Shown: positions 14,311 through 29,990, counted from the first letter of the stretch. The stretch: DNA of 64,000 nucleotides from the human T2T-CHM13v2.0 reference genome, Homo sapiens (GCF_009914755.1 NC_060927.1); one strand, 5' to 3'. Notes: generated by a model from the letters alone, not told the origin. Made by a program: numbers and translations.

Positions 14311-14981
14311 TGTCTTAGTCCATTTGTGCTGCCATAACAGATACCACCGCCTGCATAATTTATAAAGAACAGAAATTTCTGCATAATTTATAAAGAACAG
14401 TTCAAGAGGCCAGGAAGTCCAAGATCAAGGCACTGACAGGTTGAATGTCTGGTGAGGGCTGCTGTCTGCTTCCAAGATGGCAACTTATTGCTGCATCCTC
14501 TAGAGGGAAGAAACACTGAATCCTCATATGTCAGAAAAATGGAAGATCAAGGGAGCTGAATGAGCCTTTTTTTTTTTTTTTGACCGGAGTGCAGTGGCGC
14601 AATCTCAGCTCACTGCAACCTCTGCCTCCGGGATTCAAGCAATTCTCCTCTGCCTCAGGCTCCTGAGTAGCTGGGACTACAGTCGCGCGCCACCTCACCT
14701 AGCTAATTTTTGTATTTTTAGTAGAGTTGGGGTTTCACCATGTTGGCCAAGATGGTCTCGATCTCTTGACCTCGTGATCCACCCGCCTCGGGCTTCCAAA
14801 GTGCTGGGATTACAGGCGTAAGCCACCACGCCCAGCCTGCATGATCCTCTTTTAAAGGGGCTTTAGTCCTATTCATGAGGGGAGGAGTCCTTATGACCTA
14901 ATAACCTCTTAGAGGCCCTGCTTCTTAATATTACCACATTGGCAACCCTTGAATTTGAGGGCACACATTCAAACCATAGCA
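14311..14981 (-). mobile_element. MST-family MaLR solo LTR, interrupted by Alu
   Basis: 'tgtcttagtccatttgtgctgccataaca...aagtccaagatcaagg...cacattcaaaccatagca'. Confidence 0.9.
14566..14837 (-). mobile_element. AluSc-like with about 30-bp deletion next to the tail
   Basis: 'gatggtctcgatctcttgacctcgtgatcc'. Poly-T joins directly to 'gaccggagtgcagtgg'. Confidence 0.93.
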
Positions 14982-15056
14982 CCTACAATACCTGGAATGT
15001 CTTCTTCCAAGTACCTGCAGAAATACACTCACCCCCTACCAACAAAATCCCCCCTC

Positions 15057-15078
15057 CACACACACACACACACACACA
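15057..15078. repeat. (CA)n microsatellite
   Basis: About 11 CA units. Confidence 0.9.
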
Positions 15079-17708
15079 ACTGCTCTAGCTTAAAAGATTA
15101 TGTTTCATAATATAGAGATATTTCCACTAAATGAAGCAGTAGTAGGCTGGAGTGCAAAATGCAGCCACAGCTCACTGCACCAGCTAATCCAGAAGAGCAT
15201 GCTAGTTCCGAAGAAGAGAAAATTTCTGACTCATCTTCACCATTCCCCATTAGCTCAGTCAGGGCCATCATAGACCTAAGAATTATCCAGCCACACCCCT
15301 AACACCCATCACTACCACCACCTAGCAAAACTATTTCCTGAACCTGCCTGTGTTATACCCCATTTTCTGATGACAACAAGGAGGAAAAGGAGTAAGGGAA
15401 ACAAAAGAGATGAAGACAATAATTACCAGCAACCGGAAGTCAAGGGAAGATATCTACCCAATTCTAGATATTTCTAGAATTCTAAACAGACAGTTCTAAA
15501 ATATTTGTAGTTTATGGAACCAACAACGGAGACGAGAATTGAATATATAAAAACTTATGGGATTTAATCATGGTTGTGGTAAGAATTAAAGCCATCGCTC
15601 TTTAAACAGTTTATTTTAAAAAAAGAAAATGCATTCAAATCAAGAAAGTGAGGGGAAAAAACCTACAGGAAAAAGAATTCCCAAGGAAGGCAAGAGGAAA
15701 AGAATATTGAACATAAAAATACATATAAAATAACTAAGGAAAAAGACAGAAAGATAATAGAACTTGCAAGTAAATCTAAGAGTTTTAGTTTTAAATATAA
15801 AAATCAATGACAGTTCAAACTCTGACAAGATAATTAGGCAAACCAACACAAAAGATGGCAAAATCAGACATACTATTTACAAATAATATAGGGAATATAA
15901 AAACTGTAAAGGTTTTCTTTAATTCTAAGCAAATTTTATCCAATCCAAAGCTAATACAATTGAAAAGCTTAAGAAAATACATAATTTTCCAGAAGTATAT
16001 GTAGTTGACTCAAAAAGGAGAAAACCTGAATGAACCAAATAAATAGAATAAATTAAATAAATTATGACAGATACCTCTTAAAAAAAATAAGTCTCTAGAC
16101 CTATTCTACTTTCCAGTGAGGATTTTTTAGACTTCATGTTTCTTCCCTTATTTTATCTTATATTTTTTTCTTTGCATTTTTGACAAATTTTTAATTTAAC
16201 TGAACAAAATTTATATCCTTTTTTGATATAATATTCTATTAGCTGTATCTTTCTATGGTATTAAAAATCGTTTATAATATTAATAGCTGCAAAACATTGA
16301 ATCTTATTAATGTGCTAATTATGAACATATATATGCTTAGCACTTTTTTGCTATTAAAATCACTACTCAGTTGAACTTCTTTGTCCCTAAATCATTTTAT
16401 ATTTTTTCAGCTATTTTTTCCTTTAGTCACAATGTATGAACATTTTTAAGGCCCTTGAAATAGTGCCATATTGCCTTCCAAAAAGCTTATACCACCTATA
16501 CTTAAAGCAAGAATATGTGAGTTTCCCTCTCAAACTGCACTCTCACCAACATTTGAGTAATATCCATTTTTAAAATCTTGGGCTGATTTCTTAGATGAAC
16601 ATAACAACTCAACTTAATTTAAATGTCTATAATGCTGGTAACAGCTTTCCAAATATGTATTAGTGCTTTCCATTTCTTTTGTTTTAGATCGCCTTTTCTG
16701 TTAATTAGCTTATTTATATACAAAGATGGTTTTGGACCTTTCCCATTTCAGGAGCTCCTACTGAGTAAGAATTTGGGTTTTTTGCTATTTTTGTTTGTTA
16801 CATGCATATTTTCACAGTTTTTATTATTATATATATTGACACACAGAGTTTTTATATGTAATAAAATACTTTAAGATTTTCTCCATGTTCTTCAATTTTA
16901 TCAAATTTTTCCACACTCAGACCATATACTTAACATTATTTTTCTATAGCTTTATCATTTTTAAACGTAAAATACAAATCATATGTTTCTAATCATTAAA
17001 ATCATATATACTAACTACAAATATTTGATAAATACAAAAGGTATTTAAGATAACCAATATTATCTTTCCTTTTATGTCACAATAATCTAGTAGAAATTCA
17101 GGAATACATTAATTAATATTAGGAAATCTATTAATAAATTTATGCTAATAGGCCAGTAAGATAAATCACAGGACCTACATAGATGCACCAAATAGCATTT
17201 AATAAAAATCAACACTAGTACCTAATTTTAGAAAACTTAATAAACAAGGTATAGAAAAGCAAAATACAGGAAGTAAGAAAGATTAGAACAGACATAAATA
17301 AAATAGAGATTAGAGAAACAATACAGGAAATAAAACCAAAGTTACTTCCTTGATTAAAAAAAAATCTGACAAGCTTTTACATAGATTGACCATGAATAAC
17401 AGAGAGAAGACTCAAATTACTAAATTCCAGAATGAAAGAAAGTGCATTACTACTGACTTTGCAGAAATAAAAAGAATTTTAAGGGAATTCTATGAGCAAT
17501 TTTATGCCAACAAATTAGATAAGCTAGATAAAATGAATAAATTTCAAGGAAGACAGAAACAACAAAACTGACTCAAGAAGAAATAGAAAATACAAATGAA
17601 ACTATAACAACTAAAAAGATTAGTAATCAAAAATGTTCCTACAAGGAAAACTCAGGACAAGATGGCTTCAGTAGTAAATTCTACCAAATATTAAAGAAGA
17701 ACTAACAT

Positions 17709-18019
<311 letters not shown>

Positions 18020-18055
18020 TCACAAACTTTTCTGAAAAATAAGAGTAGGGAACAA

Positions 18056-18347
18056 GGCTGGGCACGGTGGCTGACGCCTGTAATCCCAGCACTTTGGGAG
18101 GCTGGAGCGGGCGGATCACGAGGTCAGGAGATCCAGACCATCCTGGCTAACACGGTGAAACCTTGTCTTTACTAAAATACAAAAAAAGTAGCCAGGCATG
18201 GTGGCAGGCGCCTGTAGTCCCAGCTACTCAGGAGGCTGAAGCAGGAGAATGGCATGAACCCCAGAGGCAGTGCTTGCAGTGAGCCGACACTGCACTCCAG
18301 CCTGGGCCAGAGGGAGACTCAGTCTCAAAAAAAAAAAAAAAAAAAAA
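18056..18347 (+). mobile_element. AluY
   Basis: 'accatcctggctaacacggtg' and long A tail. TSD aagagtagggaaca at 18041-18054 and 18348-18361. Confidence 0.95.
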
Positions 18348-18430
18348 AAGAGTAGGGAACACTTCCAAACATATTCTATGAGGTCATTAATACCCTGATA
18401 CCAAACCCAAAGACATCACATGAAAACTTT

Positions 18431-18734
<304 letters not shown>

Positions 18735-19386
18735 CTACAGTCAATGTACGTTATTAATATAGACACAAATATTCTCAATAAAATACTACCAAACTGAATC
18801 TAGCTACATATAAAAAGGATTACATGCCATGACCAAGTAAGATTTACCCCCAGGAATACAAGTATGTTTCAGAATAAAAAAATTAGTCAATAAAATATAT
18901 CACTTTAATAAAATAATTGATCAAAACTTGATGATCACCAATGCATAAAAAGTATTTGACACTCTAGGGGTGGACTTGAGCATCAGTATTTTCTAAAAGC
19001 TCCTCAGCCAATTCTAATGTGGAACCAAGTTTAAAGCCCCCTCCTCTACGTTACTTCTACTTTTTGGAAGGAGCTCTTCCCTAATGATAAACTTCTAAAC
19101 TTAATTGAGAATACTCAGAAATATTGCCATGAGAACATTTCAAATTATATTGTGAAATATTTAGGCTCTGAACCTGGTAGATTTTGTGTTAGAAAAACAT
19201 CCTTTACCTACTTCTTTAGGCTAATCAAATTGTAGTTAATTGCATGGGAATCTCAGGTTTTTCAGTGTTTTTACTGGGTTTAAAGAAGTGTTCCGTTTGA
19301 AGGATTCAATACATGCACAATCTGTCAGTATAAGTTAGCAGTCCATAAAGAATTGCTTTCATGGAGAGATTAAGAAGATGGCTGTC

Positions 19387-20082
19387 CAGATAGAATGGCG
19401 ATCATTAAAAAGTCAGGAAACAATAGATGCTGGAGAGGATGTGGAGAAACAGGAATGCTTTTACACTGTTGGTGGGAGTGTAAATTAGTTCAACCATTGT
19501 GGAAGACAGTGTGGCGATTCCTCAAGGATCTAGAACTAGAAATACCATTTGACCCAACAATCCCATTACTGGGTATATACCCAAAAGATTATAAATCATG
19601 CTACTATAAAGACACATGCACACGTATGTTTATTGCAGCACTGTTCACAATAGTGAAATCTTGGAACCAACCCAGATGCCCGTCAATGATAGACTGGATA
19701 AAGAAAATATGGCACATATACACCATAGAATGCTATGCTGCCATTAAAAAGGATGAGTTCATGTCCTTTGCAGGGACATGGATCAAACTGGAAACCATCA
19801 TTCTCAGCAAAGTAACACAAGAAGAGAAAACAAAACACAGCATGTTCTCACTCATAAGTGGGAATTGAACAATGAGAACACATGGACACAGGGAGGGGAA
19901 CATCACACACCAGGGCCTGTTGGGGAGGTGGGGGCTGGGGGAGGGATAGCATTAGGAGAAATACCTAATGTAAATGACGAGTTGATGAGTACAGCAAACC
20001 AGCATGGCACATGTATACCTATGTAACAAATCTGCATGTTGTGCACATGTACCCCAGAACTTAAAGTGTAATAATTTAAAAA
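19387..20082 (+). mobile_element. 5'-truncated L1PA (PA7/PA8-like) 3' end
   Basis: ORF2 C-terminus (ORF 19395-19868, [14 protein letters not shown]), G-rich 3'UTR and A tail. TSD aagaagatggct(g/a)tc at 19372-19386 and 20083-20097. Confidence 0.96.
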
Positions 20083-20281
20083 AAGAAGATGGCTATCATA
20101 TATTTTGTCATATTATGCAGACCACCCACAAGCATACCTAGGACTCATTTAAATCCAAGTGGGGGCCAGAGATACATTTGGAGTATCTTGAATTGAACCT
20201 GATATTAAAAACTGTAAAATAATGTATCACAATTCAGGTTACCAACATAACAACAAGGACCCCATAGGAAGTAAGAGTATG

Positions 20282-20562
20282 GGATAGGCATGGTGGCTCA
20301 CACCTGTAATCCCAGTACTTTGGGAGGCCAAAGGGGGCAGATCACCTGAGGTCAGGAGTTTGAGACCACCTGGCCAACATGGTGCAACCCTGTCTCTACT
20401 AAAAATACAAAAATTAGCTGGGCGTGGTGACATGCACCTGTAATTCCAGCTAGTCAGGAGGCTGGGGCAAAAGAATCACTTTAACCCAGGAGGTGGAGGT
20501 TGCAGTGAGCTGAGATAGGGCCACTGCACTCCAGCCTGGGCAACAGAGATTCTGAGAAAGAA
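20282..20562 (+). mobile_element. AluSx-like
   Basis: 'gatcacctgaggtcaggagtttgagacc'. Degenerate TSD ending in 'agagtatg'. Confidence 0.93.
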
Positions 20563-20729
20563 AATGAGAGTATGCTCATTCTAGCTTACTGTTCTATCAG
20601 TCTATTCTGATTTTGCAGAATATTAATATTAATACGAATTCTGGAGGACTATTATAGCAGAGGAACTTCTTATTCACAGGAACTTAAGGGGGCTCAAGGT
20701 ACTCCCCATTTACATTTCAAACTTTGGTA

Positions 20730-21395
<666 letters not shown>

Positions 21396-22046
21396 GGAGA
21401 AAAAAAACACAGAAGAAGCAACATTAAATGTTTTTCAAGGGTTCTGGCTAATCTAAAACACTTAGATTTCATAATGACAGGGTTGAACCAAAGATAATAA
21501 CCTTGGCAGCGTGACATAGGTAAGCTCAGGGGTAGGTCAACTTTCCCAAAGTAAAATAAATTCAGTGACACAGAGCTGAAAATATCCTGGCTATTAGGCC
21601 ACTGTGTTTGACACATCCAAAAAGGCAATTTCAAGGAGTAACACAGCTTTTCTTTTCTATTTAAAAAAAAAAAAAAAAAAGTCCGTTACCTTGATTGCGG
21701 TGATAGTTTCCGAGGAGTATGCATGTGTCCAAACTCATCAAATAGTATATGTTATACATGTGCAACTTTGTATGTCAATTACTCCTTAATAAACCTGTTT
21801 TTTTTTAAAGGAAAAAAATACTTAGGTGCAAAAATCATAGCTCTAAAATACAAGGATGCCAACATTGTTCCCAACAATAAATTGACCATAACACCAGTTA
21901 AAGAATTTGTGAAAAGATACAAAAAAAAAAAGAAAAAAGAAAAAAGAAACAAAAAAATTTTTTTAAAGAATTTGTGAAAAGAAAACTTATCCTGGCTGTC
22001 ATCGCCCTGATCAATCTTCAAACAAAGAATCTGGTTTTAAAGGTTA

Positions 22047-22340
22047 TGCCAGACGTGGTGGCTCACACCTTTAATCCCAGCACTTTGGGAGGCCAAGGTG
22101 GGTAGACTGCTTGAGCCCAGGAGTTCGAGACCAGCCTGGGCAATGTGGTGAAACCCCATCTCTACAAAAAATAGAGAAATTAGCCGGGTGTGGTGGTGCA
22201 CGCCTGTAGTCCCGGTTATTCAGGTGGCTGAAGTGGGAGATTCGCTTGAGTCTGGGATTGCGAGGCTGCAGTGAGCACAGTTCATGGCACTGTACTGCAG
22301 CCTGGGTGACAGAGAAATACTCTGTCTCAATTTTTTTAAA
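22047..22340 (+). mobile_element. AluJ
   Basis: 'cttgagcccaggagttcgagaccagcctgggcaa', 'gaggctgcagtgagc'. Confidence 0.93.
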
Positions 22341-22710
22341 AAGTGTTACAAGATTCTGATTGTTGAAGGCGATTGCCCAAAAATATTTGTAAGATCCTTA
22401 TGATTCGTATGCTCAATAACTCAAGTTCATCTTCTGGAATTACTAACGGATCACCTATCAATAATTGCTTTGACAGTTTATGCTTACTTAAAGAAAAGCT
22501 ATAGGACAAACAGAAATATCTTCAGAGGTTATTCAGCCCCTACTTCTATTCGTTTTTACTACAGGAGTTAGTCACCATCACAATCTGTAATAATGAATCA
22601 AGGTGGATTGCAGCAAATATGCTTGAAGTCAGGGAAACTTTCATTTCCTAAAAGCCTTCAGGATAGTTCCCAGTTCATGGAATCCCATCCCATAAAAATT
22701 CCTGTGCTAC

Positions 22711-24010
22711 ATCTACAACCATCTGATCTTTGACAAACCTGACAAAAACAAGAAATGGGGAAAAGATTCCCTATTTAATAAATGGTGCTGGGAAAACTGG
22801 CTAGCCATATGGAGAAAGCTGAAACTGGATCCCTTCCTTACACCTTATACAAAAATTAATTCAAGATGGATTAAAGACTTACATATTAGACCTAAAACCA
22901 TAAAAACCCTGGAAGAAAACCTAGGCAATACCATTGAGGACACAGGCATGGGCAAGGACTTCATGACTAAAACACCATAAGCAATGGCAAGAAAAGCCAA
23001 AATTGACAAATGGGATCTAATTAAACTAAAGAGCTTCTGCACCACATCTGTTCATCAGAGTGAACAGGCAACCTACAGAATGGGAGAAAATTTTTGCAAT
23101 CTACCCAACTGACAAAGGGCTAATATCCAGAATCTACAAAGAACTTAAACAAATTTACAAGCAAAAAAAAAACCACATCAAAAAGTGGGCAAAGGATATG
23201 AACAGACACTTCTCAAAAGAAGACACTTATGCAGCTGACAGACACACGAAAAAATATTCATCATCACTAGTCATCAGAGAAATACAAATCAAAACCACAA
23301 TGAGATACCATCTCACGCCAGTTAGAATGGCAATCATTAAAAACTCAGGAAACAACAGATGCTAGAGAGGATGTGGAGAAATAGGAATGCTTTTACACTG
23401 TTGGTGGGAGGGTAAATTAGTTCAACCATTGTGGCAGACAGTGTGGCGGTTCCTCAAGGATCTAGAACTAGAAATATCATTTGACCCAGTGATCCCATTA
23501 CTGGGTATATACCCAAAGGATTATAAATCATGCTACTATAAAGACACATGTACACGTGTGTTTATTGCGGCACTATTCACAATAGCAAAGACTTGGAACC
23601 AACCCAAATGTCCATCGACGATAGAATGGATCAAGAAAATGTGGCACACATACACCATGGAATACTAGGCAGCCATAAAAAGGATGAGTTCATGTCCTTT
23701 GCAGGGACGTGGATGAAACTGGAAACCATCATTGTAAGCAAACTATCACAAGGACAGAAAACCAAACACCACATGTTCTCACTCATAGGTGAGAACTGAA
23801 CAATGAGAACACTTGGACAAAGGGTGGGAATCATCACACACCAAGGCTTGTCAGGGGGTGGGGGCTGGGGGAGGGATAGCATTAGGAGGAATACCTAATG
23901 TAAATGGCGAGTTGATGGGTGCAGCAAACCAACATGGCACATGTATATCTATATAATAAACCTGCTCATTGCGCACATGTACCCTAGAACTTAAAGTATA
24001 AATTAAAAAA
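22711..24010 (+). mobile_element. 5'-truncated L1PA (about 1.3 kb)
   Basis: ORF2 3' region broken by stops (ORFs 23060-23365 and 23387-23668), 3'UTR and A tail. TSD aaaaattcctgt(g/a)ctac at 22694-22710 and 24011-24027. Confidence 0.97.
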
Positions 24011-24149
24011 AAAAATTCCTGTACTACCTCCTTTCTCAGATGTAGTGGTTCAAATATGACATTGAAGTGACTGGTGCCACTGTCAATACAATATTGTGTG
24101 ATAAAATTGTAACTCCAAAAGCATTCATGTACTTATTCTTACATTTATT

Positions 24150-24420
24150 CATTCTTTTACTCATAAATATTCACATAATTAAATAAAAGAGGCAAAGTCC
24201 CTGACGTCATAGAACTTAAATTGTAGTGGGGGAGACAGACTATAGGTGAATAACAAATACCTTTGTGATATAATATGAGGTATTGGTAAGTGCTGTGAAG
24301 AAAAATAAAGCAAGATAAGGGAGAGGATGATGATGTTCTATTATGTTAAGCAATGGTCTCTCTGAAAAGGTCACATTTGAACAGAGACATTAATGGAAAG
24401 GATGGGAAGAAAAATGAGTG
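24150..24420 (-). mobile_element. L2 3' fragment
   Basis: 'caaagtccctgacgtcatagaactt..tagtgggggagacagac...ctctctgaaaaggtcacatttgaacagagac'. Confidence 0.75.
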
Positions 24421-24554
24421 AGAATGGGTTATGAACCTGCACATTTATTTTTACCCTGAACCTCTCAAACAGCAGAGGTGGACATACCTAAACACGACCT
24501 CTTATCCCCCATTTGAATTATTCATTTGAATTTAGCACTGTTGTAACAAAATAG

Positions 24555-26370
<1,816 letters not shown>

Positions 26371-26469
26371 TAATTTGAACTAGTTTTCAGCTGATTCCTA
26401 ATAAATCATCTCAAAAAACTCAGCTTCTCACAAAGCACAGCCATGTAAAGGACTGGTACTCTAGTATTT

Positions 26470-27030
26470 TTGTATATTTCTCAGCAACAAATCCAACTCA
26501 CCACCCTGAGCTGAGGTGTTGCAAACCGTATTTCATTTTTGCCACCTGCTTCCATTGTTAGGTTCTGCAAAATAGGGGGCAATAGAGGAAACTGCACTGG
26601 TGAAGGAAGAAGGGATTTGCTCCTTCTTTGTGCTTTCTGCTCTTGTGATAATCACTCAAGCACTGCATCTCCACCCCAACAGCTGCAGTACCTCCCTGTA
26701 GCAGCAGATAAATTCACTTTGCAGTTTTTCCAATACTTGCAGGATGAGCTTCATCACACTCCTACCCCAAGGGATACCAGAACAGCACTCTCTCCTCAGA
26801 GATCTCAGTTTTAGCTTCTCGAAGTTTCTGAAGTTTTAATAATCCAGGCATTTTCCTTTTTTTTTTTCCTATCAGTCCTAGGAGTTGGTAGGTGTTTCCC
26901 ACAATTGCTACCTTCATGGAACTTTAAAGCTCATTTACTTTCAGGTTAACAACTTTATACCTAGTTTAAAATTCCTTCTACTATATTCTCTCTGTTCAAA
27001 TAATTAACATGGCTTCTGTCTTCTGACTAA
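26470..27030 (+). mobile_element. ERVL solo LTR (LTR33/LTR41-like)
   Basis: 'gcaaaccgtatttc...tgttaggttctgcaaaatagggggcaatagagg' and 3' 'ctctgttcaaataattaacatggcttctgtcttctgact'. Confidence 0.6.
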
Positions 27031-27056
27031 GAAAAATGGCTAGCATCCTAATAGAT

Positions 27057-27287
27057 CTGTGGTTCTCAAGGCATGATCCAGGAACCAGCAGTGTAAGCAT
27101 CACCTGGGAACTTGCTAGAAATACAAATTATCAAGCCCTGCATCAAACCTCTGAGTCAGAAATTGGAGGTGGTTCCAGCAATCTGAGCTTTATTTTTTTT
27201 TTCTGTTAAGACCATCATTTGGAAAAATCTGAGCTTTAACAAGACCTCCAGGTGATTCGGATACACACTAAAGTGTGAGAACCACTG
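27057..27287 (+). mobile_element. MER5A carrying a 33-bp internal insertion
   Basis: Both termini present (ctgtggttctcaa...tgagaaccactg). 8-bp TSD taataga(t/c) at 27049-27056 and 27288-27295. Confidence 0.92.
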
Positions 27288-27479
27288 TAATAGACTAAGT
27301 GAGGACAATGAGCCATAGTAGTGCCAATCCAATGAAATGGTCCAATCCCAAAATTGGAAAATTATGAGCTTCTCAAGGGTGCAAGCCCTCTTTTTTCATT
27401 TAAGCCCCTGTAAACCCAAAGTCTAATGTATTAATTCAAGAAACATTTTGAGTACTAAATGAGCTTGGCTTTCAATGAT

Positions 27480-27631
27480 GGAAGGAAAGGAAGGAAAGAA
27501 AGGAAGGAAGGGAGGGAGAGAGGGAAGGAGGGAGGGAGAAAAGGAAGGGAGGGAGAGAGGGAGGGAGGGAGGGAGAAAAGGAAGGGAGGGAGGAAGGGAA
27601 AAAAGGGAGAGAAAGAAGGAAGGAAGGAAGG
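27480..27631. repeat. Polypurine (GGAA/GGGA) low-complexity tract
   Basis: About 150 bp of pure A/G. Confidence 0.95.
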
Positions 27632-28342
27632 TAGCTAGGTAGGTTAGTTTGGTTACACTGGTCTGTGCTTTCAGAACTATCCCAGACTTTTAAAAGTCCG
27701 TATTTTCCTCATTTCTTCCAACAGTGGCCAAGAAACAATATGCACATGGGAGTGCACAAAAACGAGCCAAGTTTCTGTGGGTGGCAAAGGGAGGAAGAAA
27801 GCGGGAAAACAAAAAATGAATGTCTCTTTTGTTCTCATGTACTTTTCTTTCTTCACTTTCTTAGTTCCCTGCAATTCCCCCTCTTGTGATCTGCTTTTTC
27901 CTGACACATAGAGAATCACACTTAAACAGACATGAATTCTACACTCCCAGGAGTGTGCATGTCTGTGCACAGGCACACACACCGCCGAACACCCAAAGTA
28001 ACTTCTCTTCCCACACTTTTCCCATCAGCCTTCTGACCCAAGAGAGCAACGGGCCTCACTCTATAGTCAGCTGTCCCTCTCTGCAGCTTCTTTTTCCTAG
28101 TGGATACTTTCTATTGCTTACCACTTACAAAGTCAAGGTTCTGTTAAGACAATGCAGATTGGCTTCAGGTATATTACCGGTCAGATAAAATCCTATGTTT
28201 TACCCTCTAATTTGGAATTCACTCTCTTTCCTTCCAAAATCTACATACCAAGTAGAAAACAGGTGACTAGAAAGAAAATAGCCACCATTTATTGAGCACT
28301 TACTATATGCAGGGCTATATATTAAAAGCTTTATAAGATTAC

Positions 28343-28678
28343 CATATCTTTGGTTAAGTTTACTCTTAGGAATTTTTTTGAGTACTATAAGTGAGATTGT
28401 ATTCTTAATTTCTTTTTCAGATCGATTGTTGTTAGTGTATAGAAGTGCTACTGATTTTTGTATTTTTTTTAAGAGACAGAAGTCTTGCTATGCTACCCAG
28501 CCTGCTCTCAAACTCCTGGGTTCAAGCGATCCTCCCACATCAGCCTCCCTAGTAGCTGAGACTACAGGCACATGCCACCATGCCCAGCTTGTATGTTGAC
28601 TTTATATCCTTCAAATTTACTAACTTCATCTATCAGTTCTAAGAGTTTTCTGGTAGAGTCTTTAGGTTTTTCTAAATA
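28343..28678 (-). mobile_element. L1M ORF2 fragment, antisense, containing a short Alu monomer (about 28463-28588)
   Basis: 'gattgtattcttaatttctttttcagat...gtagagtctttaggtttttcta'. Monomer: 'ctcaaactcctgggttcaagcgatcctccc'. Confidence 0.8.
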
Positions 28679-29382
28679 CAATCCAACAATAATACTCCTT
28701 GGAATTTACCTAAGCAAATTGAAAACTTATGTCTACACAAAAACCTGCACAAAGATACTTATAGCAGCTTTATTCATAATTACCAAACCTTGGAAGCAAC
28801 CAAGATGTCCTTCAGAAGATGAATGGATAAATAAACTGTGGTATATCCAAACAATGGAATATTGTTCAGTGCTGAGAAAGAGATTGGCTTTTGAGCCTTG
28901 AAATGACATGGAAGAAACTTAAATGTATATTAAGTGAAAGAAGTCAATCTGAAAGGGCTACATACAGTTTGATTCCAACTATATGACATTCTGAAAAAGG
29001 TGCAAGTATGGACACAGTAAAATGGTTGCCATACTTGGGAGTGAGAGGGATGAATAGGCAGAGAGCAGAGAATGTTTAGGGTAGTGAAACTACTCTGTAT
29101 GATACTATAATGTTGGACACATGTCTCTACACATTTGTCAAAACCCATAGAATGTACAGCACCAAGAGTGAACTCTAATGTAAACTACGGACTTTGGGCA
29201 ATGGTGATGTTTCAATGTAGGTTTATCAATTGTACCAAATGGTGCAGAACATCGATAGTGGGAGAGGTTGTGTGTGTGTGTGTGCAGTGGGACAGTGCAT
29301 ATATAGGAAGCATGTGCATCCCACTTATCTTTGCTGTGAACCTAAAACTGCCCTAAAAATAAGATTTTTAATTTTTAAAAAA
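28679..29382 (+). mobile_element. L1MC-like 3' end
   Basis: 'ttggaagcaaccaagatgtccttca...gtgaactctaatgtaaactacggacttt...gctgtgaacctaaaactgc'. Confidence 0.88.
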
Positions 29383-29675
29383 TTTAACTCTATGAAGTAA
29401 GCAAAATTGTATCAATTTTAAAATATGAAGAAATAGAGAATGAAAGAGATTGAGTAATTTACCTAAGATACAACTTAGGTAAATTGTAAGGAAATTGTAA
29501 AGGTAGGTTGTAAGGAAAAAGGATTCAACCTTCAGCAGTCATTTCCAGAATTTGCACTCTTAACTACCACAGAAGAAGAAATCTCAGAATTATAGAGTAT
29601 TGAAGGTATAATTATAGAGTATTGAAGTATAAGATACCTTCATAAGATTGAAGGTATCTTAAACATTATCTAGAC

Positions 29676-29850
29676 CGGTGGCTTTCAACCTTGGGTGCAC
29701 ATTAGCATTGAGGGTAGTATTTTTAAGATCCAGAAGACCAGGTCACAACATGGACCAATTAAATAATAATCTCGGGAGATGTGACCCACATGTGTGTATT
29801 TATTGAAGCATCATGGTGATTCCGATGTAGAGGAAATGTTGAGATTCACA
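29676..29850. mobile_element. MER5-family MITE
   Basis: 'ggtggctttcaaccttgggtgcacattag...ggtgattccgatgt'. Confidence 0.7.
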
Positions 29851-29990
29851 GATTCAAAGAATAACGAAAGGCTTCCACCCACCGTGGGGCAAAAGTGCAA
29901 TGCATTTTGGTTCTACTTCAAAGAATTAGTTTTTAAATCATACATGTCCAAGATTGATAGGAAGAGGTATAATTGTTTTCCTTTGACTTC

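Noticed and set aside
19395-19868. 157-aa ORF, the longest in the window
   Set aside because: It is the C-terminus of L1 ORF2 in a 0.7-kb 5'-truncated copy with no promoter, not a gene.
22845-23882. Cluster of ORFs with L1 ORF2 similarity
   Set aside because: Stop-interrupted fragments of a truncated L1PA.
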